From assembly GCA_963674865.2 (NCBI GenBank), contig CAXXYE010000009.1, positions 992,001 through 1,056,000 on the forward strand: a stretch of DNA of 64,000 bases, in the 5' to 3' direction. This DNA comes from Candidatus Hydrogenedentota bacterium (lineage in GTDB: Bacteria; Hydrogenedentota; Hydrogenedentia; Hydrogenedentales; SLHB01). The notes beneath the pieces were generated by a model that was not told the DNA's origin, did not search any database, and saw only the letters and a program-made list of their open reading frames with translations. The translations under genes and the position numbers were made by a program. Of this stretch, positions 39,556-48,168 are shown in pieces (the first letter of the stretch is position 1; every line of letters starts with the position of its first letter).

Positions 39556-40275
39556 TTTGCTCCTCTGCCTTTCTTAACCTATCTGCTTAACTCTATCGGC
39601 AGTCGCTTCGCCCAGTGGACATAGGACTCCAGCGCGTGGCCAATGGTTTATGAGCGTACTTGGCAGGATCTGCTCTAACCTGCCGGCCATGGCAAGTTGT
39701 GGCGACGGTAGCCATCTGCCCGACGAGCCAGTCGAGTGTATCCTCCACTTTTTCGAGCGGCCTTTCAAATTCCGGCGTCCCCATGGCTGCCTCGGCCCTT
39801 GCCGGTTGCGTAAGACGGAGTCGTTTCCGGCGGGCATCGGATAGCCTGTCCCCGTCTAGTACCGCCCAGTAACCGAAGATATGGGGGCACGAAACACCTC
39901 TCTTACGGCTCCGGCAACGAGGAAGCGCGCAATCCGACGTGCTTCGGTGCGTTGCCGGTGCTGGGCGGCGTCTGAGAATTCGATTTCCCGCCGAAGGCAA
40001 ATCCGTTAACCGTGTGTCCAGTCGCGATCGGCTGCTATGTCGGCGGGCATGTCGACTTGTCCAGGCAGGGCCACCGCTGGCCTTGCGAATGGTTGGCAGC
40101 ATGTGAGGCCGATGTTCGGATGTCTTCCAGGCTGTTGAATCGACACCCGCCTTCTGGTTAACTCAGGGAAGGCCAATGTTGAGATCATGAAGGGCGGCAC
40201 GGATACCATTCCGCGCCCTTCAAGATACAGCTGAGAAGCTGGCAAGTTTTCTAGGTGACGCCGGGAGGCAAAGTG

Positions 40276-41778
40276 ATGCGATCTTGTGTATGTTTGATTC
40301 TCGCGAGTCTTGTGGCTGCCACGACGGCAGCTCAAGTGATACATCCCCCGCAGGTGAAAACCGGCGACCTCGACGGGAACATGCAACTGCTCAATCTGTG
40401 GGGCGAGCGATCTGCGCCGGTACAGCGGGCGTATGAAGCCGCTTACACCTTCCTCGCGGCGAGTCCCGAGGCCACCTTTGCTGATCTCGCGCGGGATACG
40501 GAGGTGCAGCGCCTTTTCTCCGAGGCGGGAATCACCCATTTCGGCGGGCCGATGCTGGGCTGCGTGCGCCCCGACGGCGCCACCGTCTGGCTCCGCACGT
40601 TCGGCCCGGCCAAGGTCGAGGTCTGCGTGACGATTGATGGGGAGGAGAAGCGCTTCGGGCCGGTTCAGAGTACGGAGGCAAGTGACTTGGCCGCCGTGAT
40701 CGATGTCGTGGGACTGCAATCCGGCAGACGCTATCCCTACCAAGTGCTCGTGGATGGCAAGCCGATTGTGGCCGCGCCGGGCGCCCTCCTAACTGCGCCT
40801 GCCTCCGCCGAGTCCAAGGTGCGCATTGCCTTTGGCTCGTGCTATCACCGCTGGGGATTGGGCAATCGCTTGCAGGCGGAGACGCTTTGCGCACGTGGGC
40901 CGAACGCGCTCGTGCTGATGGGCGATATCGCCGTGCAGGATCGACGAAACCACCTCGGCCTGCACCGGGCCGACTATCTCCTGCGCGATTTCATGCCCGC
41001 ATGGCAAGAGACCGCCGCTTCGATTCCGGTGTATGCGACGTGGGACGATCATGATTACTTCAAGAACGACGGATGGGGTATCCCGGAGGGGCATACCAAC
41101 AAAGATCGGCAAGGAGTCTGGGAAGTCTTCCGGTACGCCTGGAACAATCCATCCTGGGGATACAACGATGAGCGCCGCGGCGTCTTCCTCCGCACGCGCG
41201 TGGGGTGCTGCGACATCATCATGGTGGACCACCGCTACTTCCGTACGGCGCGGGAACGGGATAAGAGCGGCAACCTGCTCGGGCCGGAGCAGATGCAGTG
41301 GCTGGAAGCGCAGTTGCTGGATTGCAGGGGGCCGTTCATCATTCTCTCATGCGGCACGATGTGGAGCGACTACGTAAGCAACGGCAAGGACTCGTGGGGC
41401 GTTTACGATCCTGACGCGCGCGAGCAGATCTTCAGTTTCATCGAGGAGCAGCGGATTCCGGGTGTGCTCTTGACCTCGGGCGATCGCCACGGCGCGCGTG
41501 TCTTCACCATTCCGCGGCCTTCAGGCTACAAATTCTACGAGTTCGAGCCCGCAAGTCTGGGCGGCCGCGGCGACGGGCCGCCCGCCACGGATCCTGAGTG
41601 GAGGACGCAGCTCTTCGGCGTGATAGGCGAATACGCCTTTGGCGAGTTCACGTTCGACGCCACTGTTCCGGAGCCAGTGGCCGTGTGCCGGCTCGTCCGC
41701 TATGACGATGAGGTGCTCTATGAGATTGAGCTTACGCGAAGCCAACTGACTCCTCCGGAACATGGGCACCAGGAGTAG
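40276..41778 (+). CDS. phoD: Alkaline phosphatase D family protein
   Basis: Signal peptide. Motifs IAFGSC, LMGDIA, ATWDDHDY, MVDHRYFR, LLGPEQMQWL and LTSGDRH. Confidence 0.85.
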   Translation: MRSCVCLILASLVAATTAAQVIHPPQVKTGDLDGNMQLLNLWGERSAPVQRAYEAAYTFLAASPEATFADLARDTEVQRLFSEAGITHFGGPMLGCVRPDGATVWLRTFGPAKVEVCVTIDGEEKRFGPVQSTEASDLAAVIDVVGLQSGRRYPYQVLVDGKPIVAAPGALLTAPASAESKVRIAFGSCYHRWGLGNRLQAETLCARGPNALVLMGDIAVQDRRNHLGLHRADYLLRDFMPAWQETAASIPVYATWDDHDYFKNDGWGIPEGHTNKDRQGVWEVFRYAWNNPSWGYNDERRGVFLRTRVGCCDIIMVDHRYFRTARERDKSGNLLGPEQMQWLEAQLLDCRGPFIILSCGTMWSDYVSNGKDSWGVYDPDAREQIFSFIEEQRIPGVLLTSGDRHGARVFTIPRPSGYKFYEFEPASLGGRGDGPPATDPEWRTQLFGVIGEYAFGEFTFDATVPEPVAVCRLVRYDDEVLYEIELTRSQLTPPEHGHQE

Positions 41779-41797
41779 CGGGCCTCAAGCCCGCTAC
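41775..41797. repeat. GTAG-type REP-like hairpin overlapping the phoD stop
   Basis: Sequence GTAGCGGGC-CTCAA-GCCCGCTAC. Confidence 0.55.
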
Positions 41798-41900
41798 ACA
41801 ATCTCAAGTTCGATTCTACGTCACCGTCGAATCCCGTTCATCGCTTGAGCCAATTGCGGCGGTTTGTGGCCGGCAGGGGCCGGAGGAAGGATTGACGCGT

Positions 41901-42701
41901 ATGCTGTTTGGGGACAAGCTCCGCGGCCTCTATCAGATTATGCAGTTCGACAACCGGCTGGAGCTGCTGCTGAGCCGCACCGTCTTCAAGAAGACCAACC
42001 TCAACGTCTATCGCCTGGGCGGGATGGAGTGCGTGGTCGATTGTCGCGGGGGCGATGAAAACGGCCTCCGGTATTGCTTTTCGTCCGATCTCTACCGGGC
42101 CATGCTCAAGTCCCTCCCGCTGGGCCCTGAAGTCTCCTTGCTCGACCTCGGCGCGAACTGCGGCGGTTTCCCGCTGCTGCTGCACTCGCTCGGCCTGTCG
42201 CTGAAGATGTGCGTCTGTGTGGAACTGAATCCGAACACGTTCGTGCGTCTTCAGTTCAATGTACGGCACAACCTGAAGGGAACCGCAGTGCTGCTCAACG
42301 CGGGGATCTGCGGGACGCGGAGAACGCTCGAACTCACGTTGGGGGAGGGCAGCACGGGCGATAACATCTATGCGGGGGACGACGCAACCGGCACGCCGTA
42401 TCGCCTCGATGGCATGCTCTTCGACGATGTGTTTGAGCGTGTGTGGAAGGACTCCGGGGAAAACGTGGATCTATGCAAGATGGATGTGGAGGGCGCGGAA
42501 CACGAGGTGTTTTCCAATCCGGGCCATGACAGGCTGCGGCAATGCCGCTATCTGATCATCGAGATCCATAAATCCAAGGACACGAGCGAACAAGAGAGAC
42601 TACTCGCCGAGATCGCCCGACTCGGATTCGTCGAGTCGCTGGAGCACCGATGCGACGATGTCCACCTCTTCAAGAACACGGCGCTGACTGTGAAGGTGTA
42701 A
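41901..42701 (+). CDS. FkbM family methyltransferase
   Basis: Motifs LLDLGANCGGF, VELNPNTF and VDLCKMDVEGAEHEVF. Confidence 0.88.
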   Translation: MLFGDKLRGLYQIMQFDNRLELLLSRTVFKKTNLNVYRLGGMECVVDCRGGDENGLRYCFSSDLYRAMLKSLPLGPEVSLLDLGANCGGFPLLLHSLGLSLKMCVCVELNPNTFVRLQFNVRHNLKGTAVLLNAGICGTRRTLELTLGEGSTGDNIYAGDDATGTPYRLDGMLFDDVFERVWKDSGENVDLCKMDVEGAEHEVFSNPGHDRLRQCRYLIIEIHKSKDTSEQERLLAEIARLGFVESLEHRCDDVHLFKNTALTVKV

Positions 42702-42987
42702 AATAATAAATATGTAAACAAGACGAAATCCCCGTTGTAGATATCATTGGCTAGGGGTGAGGGTTGGTGAGGGTTAGAGGGTTTTCTCGAAAAGTTCTCT
42801 GTTTTTTCTGCTCCGTAGGAAAGTTTGAAGGAAAGCCTCTCAACTATCTCTCCAGAAGGGGTGATCGGCCAATTAAACACTTACTGTATAGGTGTTTAAG
42901 TCGCCTAAGCCCTCTCCGCAAACTATCACCCCGCTTTCTTCGTCTTGGTTCAGCGGGAATTGGACTTTTTCGCCTCCAATAAGCTTC

Positions 42988-43233
42988 TTAGTCCTTGGTC
43001 TTGGGGAGCTTTTCAACAGGTCGAATCAGGCCGTGGGTAATGGTGGAGGCGATGATTGCTGTCGCCACCGGCAGAGAAAGGACTGCGGTTGTTTTCCCGC
43101 CATCGAAAAGATACTGCGCCAGCAGGATAGGTAGAACTGCTGCGAGTATCAGAACGAAAGCAACGAACGCAGCGATATTGCCCCAGTGCACAAGGCGGGC
43201 GCCGTTCCGGTTCTCAGACATTTGCAGGGCCAT
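42988..43233 (-). CDS. Small two-TM hypothetical protein, possibly the 5' part of a degraded gene
   Basis: Two hydrophobic segments and a purine-rich upstream region. Followed by an AT-rich, stop-interrupted stretch. Confidence 0.4.
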   Translation of the reverse strand: MALQMSENRNGARLVHWGNIAAFVAFVLILAAVLPILLAQYLFDGGKTTAVLSLPVATAIIASTITHGLIRPVEKLPKTKD

Positions 43234-43474
43234 GCTTCCTATCCTTTTCTTTGGGCGAAGAATAGATATTGGCGTTATGCCCCGTCCTTTTGGCGGGAGT
43301 CTTCTAGGGCATGAGCGGGCTATCCCTCGGCGTCGCTACTTTCCAGCCGAGCCGACGTCTTTTTCTCCCGGCGCCCCCCACGTTACATCGCGGCAGTTAG
43401 GTGATTCAACTGTCGCAGAACTTCGGGCGCGCGACGCCTCGCCCCGCCAGGAGCCGCGCTTTCTGCCGGTACCT

Positions 43475-46400
43475 CTATTGGCGGGGCTTCCAGTCGGGAT
43501 GGTGTTCCTGGGCCCAGCGGGCTTTGACTTTGCCGCCGAAGAGGCTGCGCAGGCAGTGAGGATTGATGACGACCGCGAGGTACACGTGGCCGAGTAGTGT
43601 CAGGATCATGACAAGGCCGGCTACATCGTGCGCGGTGAAGAGAAGCGATTGTCTCGCATCGCTTGTCCCTTCGAGGTACTTCATGAGCACCCCTGTGACG
43701 GCGAGCACGGCCATCATTGCCACGCTCAGCCAGAAGAGGATCTTCTGTCCCGCGTTGAACTTCCCGGCGGGATAGTGCCCCTTGCCGCCCAGGTAGCCGC
43801 CGAAGCCCTTGAGCCAGGCGAAATCGCCTTTCGCGGGCAGCATGGTGAGCGCCCAGAAGAGGAACATGCCGGCCACGCCAACTGCCGCCGCATAGCCGAC
43901 GATGGTATGCACCATTCGCGCCCAAGGGCCCAGCGGGTCGTTTGCGCTGAGGAGGAAGCAGAAGCCCGTCACTGCCAGGAAGGTAACGGCCGTCATGCCG
44001 ATCAGGTGCGCAAGCCGCTCATGAAGGCGGAAGCGGAGCACGTCCTGGCCTTCGTATCCCTCGCTCCGATTCTTGGAGCCGAAGAGGGTGTAGTGCAGGA
44101 TAATTGCCACCGCCACGGCGAGTACAAGCCACGGCGAGAGGGGCTTGAGCAGGCCTTCCCGATAGGCTCCAAGGAGGATAGCGCCGCGCGAATAACCCAG
44201 CTTCTCGTGCATGGGCGTTGTCACGGGGGCGGCATCCTCGCCGAAGGGATCGAGCATCACAGGCCCAAAGAAGAAATGGGAGTCGGCTGCGTGGCAATCG
44301 GTGCAACCGTTGGCGCCCAATGCCTGTGAGGCGGGCTCGACGCCGTGGCTGATAGTCCACGACAGGCGCCGCGCGAGTTGGGCGACGGCCGGATGGGCGT
44401 TGGCATCGGCTTGTTCGACCTTGGCCGCGAACATGTTGGCCAGCCGAGTCTCGGCATATTCCCACCGCAAGGCATAATCCCATTTGGTCGCACGCCGCCG
44501 CTGCTCATAGCGATCGATGGCGAGGAACGACTTGCCTTCGGCGAGGGGGGCCATCCCTCTCAAAGGATGCGTGTAGGGATCGTCGGCGTCCTGGACTTCG
44601 ACGCGATAGAAGACGTCGCCCTTGATGTAGAACAACACGGGCTCTTCGAGCCGGGGGGCGGTGCGAGTCAACGCCCAGGCCACCAGGCCGATTTCATCCT
44701 TGGAATTCGCTTCGGGCACGCTGTCGTTGTTGTCGTCATAGACATCGACCCGCTGCCGCTCGGCGGGCTGGTATGCCGCCAGTTTTGCCCGGATGGCCGC
44801 ATGCATCTCTGCGTCGGTGAGCGTCTTGGGAGCGGGGAGAGGCGCTTCTTTGCCCGAGGCCGGCTTGGCCGGATACCGGAAGATATGGAATTGCTCCGAG
44901 TGGAGGAAGTCCCAGGCGGCTTTCATGTCTTTGAGGAAGAACGGCCGGGCAACGCCGTGGTCCAGGTAGGCCCAGAAGGCGCCCAGTTGATAGCCCTCGG
45001 GCTCAATCTGGCCGCTCTGCGGGTTGATGGCGTACGTCACCGGGTATTCCGCGATGGCCGCGCCGGCGCGGCGTGGCTGGAGCGCGGTGGGCAGTGGCGC
45101 CAGTTTGCCTGAATCCAAGACGTACGACTGGCCCCGAAGCACGCACACCGCCTTGCTTTCATCCTCGCGGAGTGCGGTTTCTTCCAGCGCCACGAGCATT
45201 AGGGCGCATGCATCCGGATTCGACGCCACGCTGCCATCTTCGACGAGGTCCACGGGGCGCAAGGGCTTCGCGGCCAGTCGGGATGAGCCGTCTTCGTTCA
45301 GGAAGTATTCGCGGAGGGGGCTATTCACGGCCAGGGTGTATCGGGCAGCCGCCTGAATCTCCTCGCGCGTGAACGGGGCGAACAAGTTATCTGTGGTCAA
45401 CTGCGCGAGGCTTCCCCATGTCGCGCCAAAGGCGATGCTGTCAACCGTCGCCGCATCGGGCTGCACCGGAAGCTCCATGGCCTTGCCCTGGAGTGTGTCG
45501 ACGGTGCGCGTGCCGACAAACGGGCGGTGGGTGATATGGCAGGCCGTGCAGCCGAGCCGGCTGAAGTGCAGCTTCGGCAGGCCGGGATGGTCGTAGTCCG
45601 GCGCGCCTTGCTCCTGCGCCTCGTGACATTGCTCGCAGGAGAGCATGGTGCGGTCGAGGTCATCGCGGACGCTCTGCCCCGAGGAGATGCCCTTGGCGAA
45701 ATTGTGGCGGATATCTCCCTGGTGGCAATCGATGCAGCGAAGGCCCTGTGCCGTGTGGACGTCCTGCATGTAGTGCGTATGCCACGTGGTGCCGCGCTTC
45801 TGGACGCCGGACATATCGTGGCAGAACGTGCACTGGCGATCCGTCGGGCGCCGGATCTTCAGATCGACCTTGCCGTCCGGCCGGAACAGTTCCTTGTGGT
45901 AGTAAACCTTCGGCTGCTGGCCGTCTTTTCTGGAGCCCCACACATGGCCGAGGCCCGAGGCCGCGGTCGCGGCCCATTGGTAATTGAGCTTCTTGATGTT
46001 CTGGGCGCGGGTCGAGTACTCGTAGGTATCGAGGTGGCAGATGAAGCAGTCGGCCTCGACCACGCCGGCGCTGGCCCAGTCGGCGCCGTAGTAGTCGCCG
46101 TTGCCCATGGTGGTGATCATGGGATCCGTCCGCACGACCTCATCGTAGCGCCGCCGTGCCCGGTCGTACTCGGCAGGTCCCCCACCGGGATGACAGATGC
46201 CGCAGTTGCTAATCCAGTCGAAGGCCGTCATGTCGACGGCGGTGGGGTCGGCGAAGTTCTTTGGCGCGAGTTCCCGCTGGTAGAGGAGTTGCCACTTGCC
46301 GAAGAAGCCCGGACTTCGGTGCGGGGAGACGCCCTCGCCGATAGGGGCGTCAGGATACATCTCATTGCGCCCCATCTGGAAGTGATAGCCGCGGGTGATG

Positions 46401-46696
46401 CGGTCGTAATCGTGGCATGCCCCGCAGGTTTGCTTGGTGCTTACCGGCCGCGTCACTTCCTCCTGCGTGGGGTCGATCACCTTGCCGTCGATGTCGCGCA
46501 GATGAAAGGGCGGGCAGGAGAGCGGCAGCATCCGAGAGATGTCGGCACGCTGCGCTCGCTCATCGGTTATGAGGGCGCGCCCGATGTACTTGTCCAGGTT
46601 CTCATAGGCGGCGGGCCCCTGCTCGGAGGCGGCCGCGATCCCCAACGTCAGCGCACAGAGCGCCGTCAGCGTTGCCGAAAAAAGGATACTCCTCAT
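43475..46696 (-). CDS. Octaheme c-type cytochrome fused to a C-terminal FdnI-like diheme cytochrome b
   Basis: Signal peptide and 8 CxxCH motifs (CGACH, CGICH, CFICH, CTFCH, CIDCH, CEQCH, CTACH, CTDCH). The C-terminus has RFRLHERLAH, RMVH, KFNAGQK, AHD and LGHVY. Confidence 0.9.
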   Translation of the reverse strand: MRSILFSATLTALCALTLGIAAASEQGPAAYENLDKYIGRALITDERAQRADISRMLPLSCPPFHLRDIDGKVIDPTQEEVTRPVSTKQTCGACHDYDRITRGYHFQMGRNEMYPDAPIGEGVSPHRSPGFFGKWQLLYQRELAPKNFADPTAVDMTAFDWISNCGICHPGGGPAEYDRARRRYDEVVRTDPMITTMGNGDYYGADWASAGVVEADCFICHLDTYEYSTRAQNIKKLNYQWAATAASGLGHVWGSRKDGQQPKVYYHKELFRPDGKVDLKIRRPTDRQCTFCHDMSGVQKRGTTWHTHYMQDVHTAQGLRCIDCHQGDIRHNFAKGISSGQSVRDDLDRTMLSCEQCHEAQEQGAPDYDHPGLPKLHFSRLGCTACHITHRPFVGTRTVDTLQGKAMELPVQPDAATVDSIAFGATWGSLAQLTTDNLFAPFTREEIQAAARYTLAVNSPLREYFLNEDGSSRLAAKPLRPVDLVEDGSVASNPDACALMLVALEETALREDESKAVCVLRGQSYVLDSGKLAPLPTALQPRRAGAAIAEYPVTYAINPQSGQIEPEGYQLGAFWAYLDHGVARPFFLKDMKAAWDFLHSEQFHIFRYPAKPASGKEAPLPAPKTLTDAEMHAAIRAKLAAYQPAERQRVDVYDDNNDSVPEANSKDEIGLVAWALTRTAPRLEEPVLFYIKGDVFYRVEVQDADDPYTHPLRGMAPLAEGKSFLAIDRYEQRRRATKWDYALRWEYAETRLANMFAAKVEQADANAHPAVAQLARRLSWTISHGVEPASQALGANGCTDCHAADSHFFFGPVMLDPFGEDAAPVTTPMHEKLGYSRGAILLGAYREGLLKPLSPWLVLAVAVAIILHYTLFGSKNRSEGYEGQDVLRFRLHERLAHLIGMTAVTFLAVTGFCFLLSANDPLGPWARMVHTIVGYAAAVGVAGMFLFWALTMLPAKGDFAWLKGFGGYLGGKGHYPAGKFNAGQKILFWLSVAMMAVLAVTGVLMKYLEGTSDARQSLLFTAHDVAGLVMILTLLGHVYLAVVINPHCLRSLFGGKVKARWAQEHHPDWKPRQ

Positions 46697-46773
46697 CCGT
46701 CAGTGTCTCTCTTCCGCATGGGAACCGCATGTCGAATCACCCGCTCGACGAGTGACTGTGGCGACAAGTGCAC

Positions 46774-48168
46774 TTAGCCAAAGACCGACGGGTCATCCGT
46801 CGGGAAATCGAAGGTGTACCACGCCGGGTCGATCTCAACCTGGGTCCGTTCACGAAGGGCTTTCATGCCGGCCAAGGCCATGACGGATGCGCGCATGCCA
46901 ACCATAACATTGGCCCTTGGCGCCCCGCCGTACATGATGTTGTTCGCGAAGGACTCGAACTGGAGCTGATCGACTGACTTGTCATTGTCGACCGTGATCT
47001 CCTTGGCGTTCGCCAGGGCCTTGTTCGTCATTTCGCGCGTGCCGCCGGATGTAATGATGGACGCGTTCTGCGCGTCCGCATCCCGCATGCCCTGATCCGC
47101 CCATCGCACCTCCGCGGTGGCCTCAGGGAAGAACAGGCCGCCCGTTTCGGTAAGTTGAAACGCGCCCTGATCCCCCTCGATCATCTCGGAAGCGCCCTTC
47201 TGGCCGTTCGCCGTGATGTAACTGAACGCGGCGCGCACGGTGTAGGGCTCGTTGATCGCCCGTCGGTCCTGGTAGGGATTCCGCGCGTTAATGGCGCGAT
47301 AGCCTCTGGATTCGGGCGTGATGTCGAATTCATAGACGAGATTGACGTTGTCGAAGACGGTACGGCCGTCGCGCCAGTAGTCGAGCCCGCCGTATCCCGT
47401 GACGCGGCTCGGCATGGTGTCCAGGAACCACGCGGCGATATCCAACTGGTGCGTGGCCAGCTCGGTCATCAGCCCGCCGGAGTACTCCCGATAGATGCGC
47501 CAATTGAGGTGCCGTTCGAGGTTGGTGATCCAACGCGCTTCCTCCGGGCTCAACTGGTAGTTCAAGTTAACCGGGCGGCGCCAGTCATCGTTTCTGTGCC
47601 ACTGGCACATGATATGGTTGATCCGACCGAGGACGCCCTCCGTCCGGGCCAGCATCATTGCCTTGTTGTACATGGGATTGACGCGCCGCTGATGCCCGAC
47701 CTGGACAAAAAGTCCTGTCTGGTGGCACTTCCTTACCAGCTCACGGCTCTGCTCCAGGTCATAGCACATCGTTTTCTCGGTGAAGCAGAACTTGCCGGCA
47801 TCCAGACAGTCCGATGTGATCTGGAAGTGCGTGTGTAGCGGCGTGGCAATGACGACCGCGTCGAGCTGCTCCTTTTCGAGCATTTCGCGGTAGTCCATGT
47901 ATTTCTTGATGTCGCCTCCGCCCGCCACCTGGTAAGCGCCCTCGAGATGGGGCCGGAACACGTCGCAGACGGCCACGATCTGAATATTACTCGCGCTGCT
48001 CAGGCCGTAGCGGATGTGGAATGAGCCTTGGCCGCCGGTGCCGATACAGCCGACCCGCACCTTCTCGTTGGCGGCGTAGGATAGCGGCGCATAGGAGGTC
48101 GCGATGGCGGCCCCGACGGTCGTGCCGGCCACCTTGATGAAGTCCCGCCTGGATACATCGTCACTCAT
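46774..48168 (-). CDS. Tat-exported Gfo/Idh/MocA family oxidoreductase
   Basis: Twin-arginine motif SRRDFIK. Motifs CIGTGGQG, VAVCDV, IATPLHTH, EKTM, QVGHQRR, NWRIYREYSGGLMTELATHQLD. Confidence 0.92.
   Translation of the reverse strand: MSDDVSRRDFIKVAGTTVGAAIATSYAPLSYAANEKVRVGCIGTGGQGSFHIRYGLSSASNIQIVAVCDVFRPHLEGAYQVAGGGDIKKYMDYREMLEKEQLDAVVIATPLHTHFQITSDCLDAGKFCFTEKTMCYDLEQSRELVRKCHQTGLFVQVGHQRRVNPMYNKAMMLARTEGVLGRINHIMCQWHRNDDWRRPVNLNYQLSPEEARWITNLERHLNWRIYREYSGGLMTELATHQLDIAAWFLDTMPSRVTGYGGLDYWRDGRTVFDNVNLVYEFDITPESRGYRAINARNPYQDRRAINEPYTVRAAFSYITANGQKGASEMIEGDQGAFQLTETGGLFFPEATAEVRWADQGMRDADAQNASIITSGGTREMTNKALANAKEITVDNDKSVDQLQFESFANNIMYGGAPRANVMVGMRASVMALAGMKALRERTQVEIDPAWYTFDFPTDDPSVFG

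Noticed and set aside
39574..39837. Short ORF segment PLEKVEDTLDWLVGQMA resembling a Rep_trans C-terminus
   Set aside because: Too short, with no other Rep motifs or supporting context.
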